Of a stretch of DNA of 64,000 bases, positions 62,624 to 64,000 are shown in pieces (position 1 is the stretch's first letter; every line of letters begins with the position of its first letter). Both the position numbers and the translations under genes were made by a program. The notes under the pieces were generated by a model. That model was not told the origin of the DNA. It made no database searches and was given only the letters and a program-made list of their open reading frames with translations. The stretch comes from Phoronis australis (taxonomy: Eukaryota; Animalia; Phoronida): the NCBI GenBank assembly GCA_002633005.1, contig NMRA01000152.1, positions 702,707 through 766,706 of the forward strand, read 5' to 3'.

Positions 62624-63016
62624 TCAGTGCAGTCCTTGCACCTCGGGAGGCCTCCGGAGCAGCAGCACTAGAGCGACGACCAGCGTTGCTGAGCAAAGAA
62701 CAAGCAGGCAACACCTGTCTATTACCATTGCAACGTCTCTCCAATCCTTATCCAAATTATTATGCAATTGCTGGGAAACTATCCTAGACTTAACCATTTC
62801 AAATAACTGTTCCAAATTCTGATAAATTTTACGGAGAATAGGACTTTTAGAGGCTTTCGTTCTTGGCTGGTTCGTCCGTTTCTCATAGAACGATGATTCA
62901 GTGTTCAAGGGCTCACGTATTTTGAATTTAGAACTCATACCACGAGCGGTTTCTTTCTCTAGTGATGCCTTCTTGTGTTTCTCGTGTTTCATTCCGATGT
63001 GTTTTCCTTCCTTTGT
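62624..63016 (-). CDS. Last exon (end of intracellular loop, MA helix, M4) of a nicotinic acetylcholine/Cys-loop receptor subunit; upstream exons not identified in the window
   Basis: tttcag acceptor at 63017-63022, then ..DKDWRDVAMVIDRCCLLVLCSATLVVALVLLLRRP*. The W..VAMVIDR plus hydrophobic M4 is the nAChR-type signature. Confidence 0.85.
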   Translation of the reverse strand, partial: TKEGKHIGMKHEKHKKASLEKETARGMSSKFKIREPLNTESSFYEKRTNQPRTKASKSPILRKIYQNLEQLFEMVKSRIVSQQLHNNLDKDWRDVAMVIDRCCLLVLCSATLVVALVLLLRRPPEVQGLH

Positions 63017-63455
63017 CTGAAATTGTAAAATAATTTGATGAGATTAACACAAATTTCGCTTCAGCGGAGACTTTCTATTTCAGAGTAACACGTCAAACAA
63101 CTTACCGATCACCGAACCATTTCCTTAAACTACTCACTGAATTAAGCCCACCCGGTCGAACGAAAAACTCAGTTTTGGAACGCAGCACCCCCTGTACAAA
63201 CCAGTGGTTTACAGCGGTTCGTTTTTAACGTAAGGCGAGGTATTTCTATGCTATTCAAACAACGGTTCAGTGGTTCTATGTGTTCAGGAGCATATTTTTG
63301 CTAAACTCGGAAATTATAAAGCAGATTTACTAATTAAGCCTTCAGTGCATTTTTATGAAGACAGGAGACAGTTGAGGCTGCATTTCACCCGGCAAAGTTG
63401 GAGGAAAAACGAAAATTAAATTAGGCCTTTTACTCTCATAACATCGGTGTCATAG

Positions 63456-63657
63456 TATTCCTTACCCCAATAGAATTCTGTTTCCGTTACCAACAAGAAC
63501 ATTGAAACCAACAGAGACTCAAGAAGACGCATCAGTTCAGTGTTTTTACTTGGCAGTTGGCCAATCCTAAAATTGCGAAATCAAACTGGCGTACCTGCAC
63601 ATTGACTGTGACTTGCGTTGGTAACGGAAATGAAACTCTATATAGAGGCAAAGAATA
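63456..63657. mobile_element. ~200-bp MITE with ~40-bp imperfect TIRs
   Basis: TATTCCTTACCCCAATAGAATTCTGTTTCCGTTACCAAC pairs with GTTGGTAACGGAAATGAAACTCTATATAGAGGCAAAGAATA. Confidence 0.65.
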
Positions 63658-64000
63658 GCAACCCCGAGACTGATTTAACGAGAGTAAAAAACCTAAGTCA
63701 ACTTTAGCTTTTTAGCCAGCTAAACAGTACGAAACTCAGCTTTAAAAGATTGCTGACTTTATTTCAATTACTACAAAGCTTTATACACATTCTCGCTGGT
63801 TCCCTGCGTGCCGCTAGATGGGGCGGTAGCCGCGCCAGCACGCAGGTATCACTAAATTTCCTCTGTAAATTTTTTTACACCGGCGTTTCTGATTGGCTAG
63901 TCGAATTCTCAACAGGCAGCGCTTTGCGCAAACAAACTGGCATGACTGATGGACTGAAGTGTAAAGGTGGTCTGTTGTACAGACAAATCGGTGCTTAAAA

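Noticed and set aside
63100-63300. Penultimate receptor exon ending at a minus-strand GTAAGT near 63105
   Set aside because: The phase-compatible frame has a TGA just before the donor and shows no receptor-like sequence.

Overview
Eukaryotic, invertebrate-like animal genomic DNA (AT-rich, spliceosomal introns, single-n assembly gaps at 14103, 21520 and 30583). The window has three zones. (1) About 1-19 kb is a dense field of decayed transposons: two BEL/Pao LTR remnants, ISL2EU/Harbinger THAP, DDE and Myb/SANT pieces, Kolobok-like transposase pseudogenes, a SWIM-finger remnant, a foldback element and local duplications. Every recognisable coding remnant there lies on the minus strand, which resembles a uni-strand piRNA cluster; this is an inference and needs small-RNA data. 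(2) About 19-32 kb is intergenic with MITEs and SINE-like pieces, followed by a hand-reconstructed 15-exon SLC6 glycine-transporter-like gene on + (32672-54022, 639 aa) with one GC-AG intron and degenerate exon copies in intron 3. (3) The right end holds an intronless TM-WSC-carbohydrate-sulfotransferase gene (-), a decayed LINE 3' end (+) and the last (M4) exon of a nicotinic/Cys-loop receptor subunit (-). All family calls come from motif recognition by eye; no database search was run.
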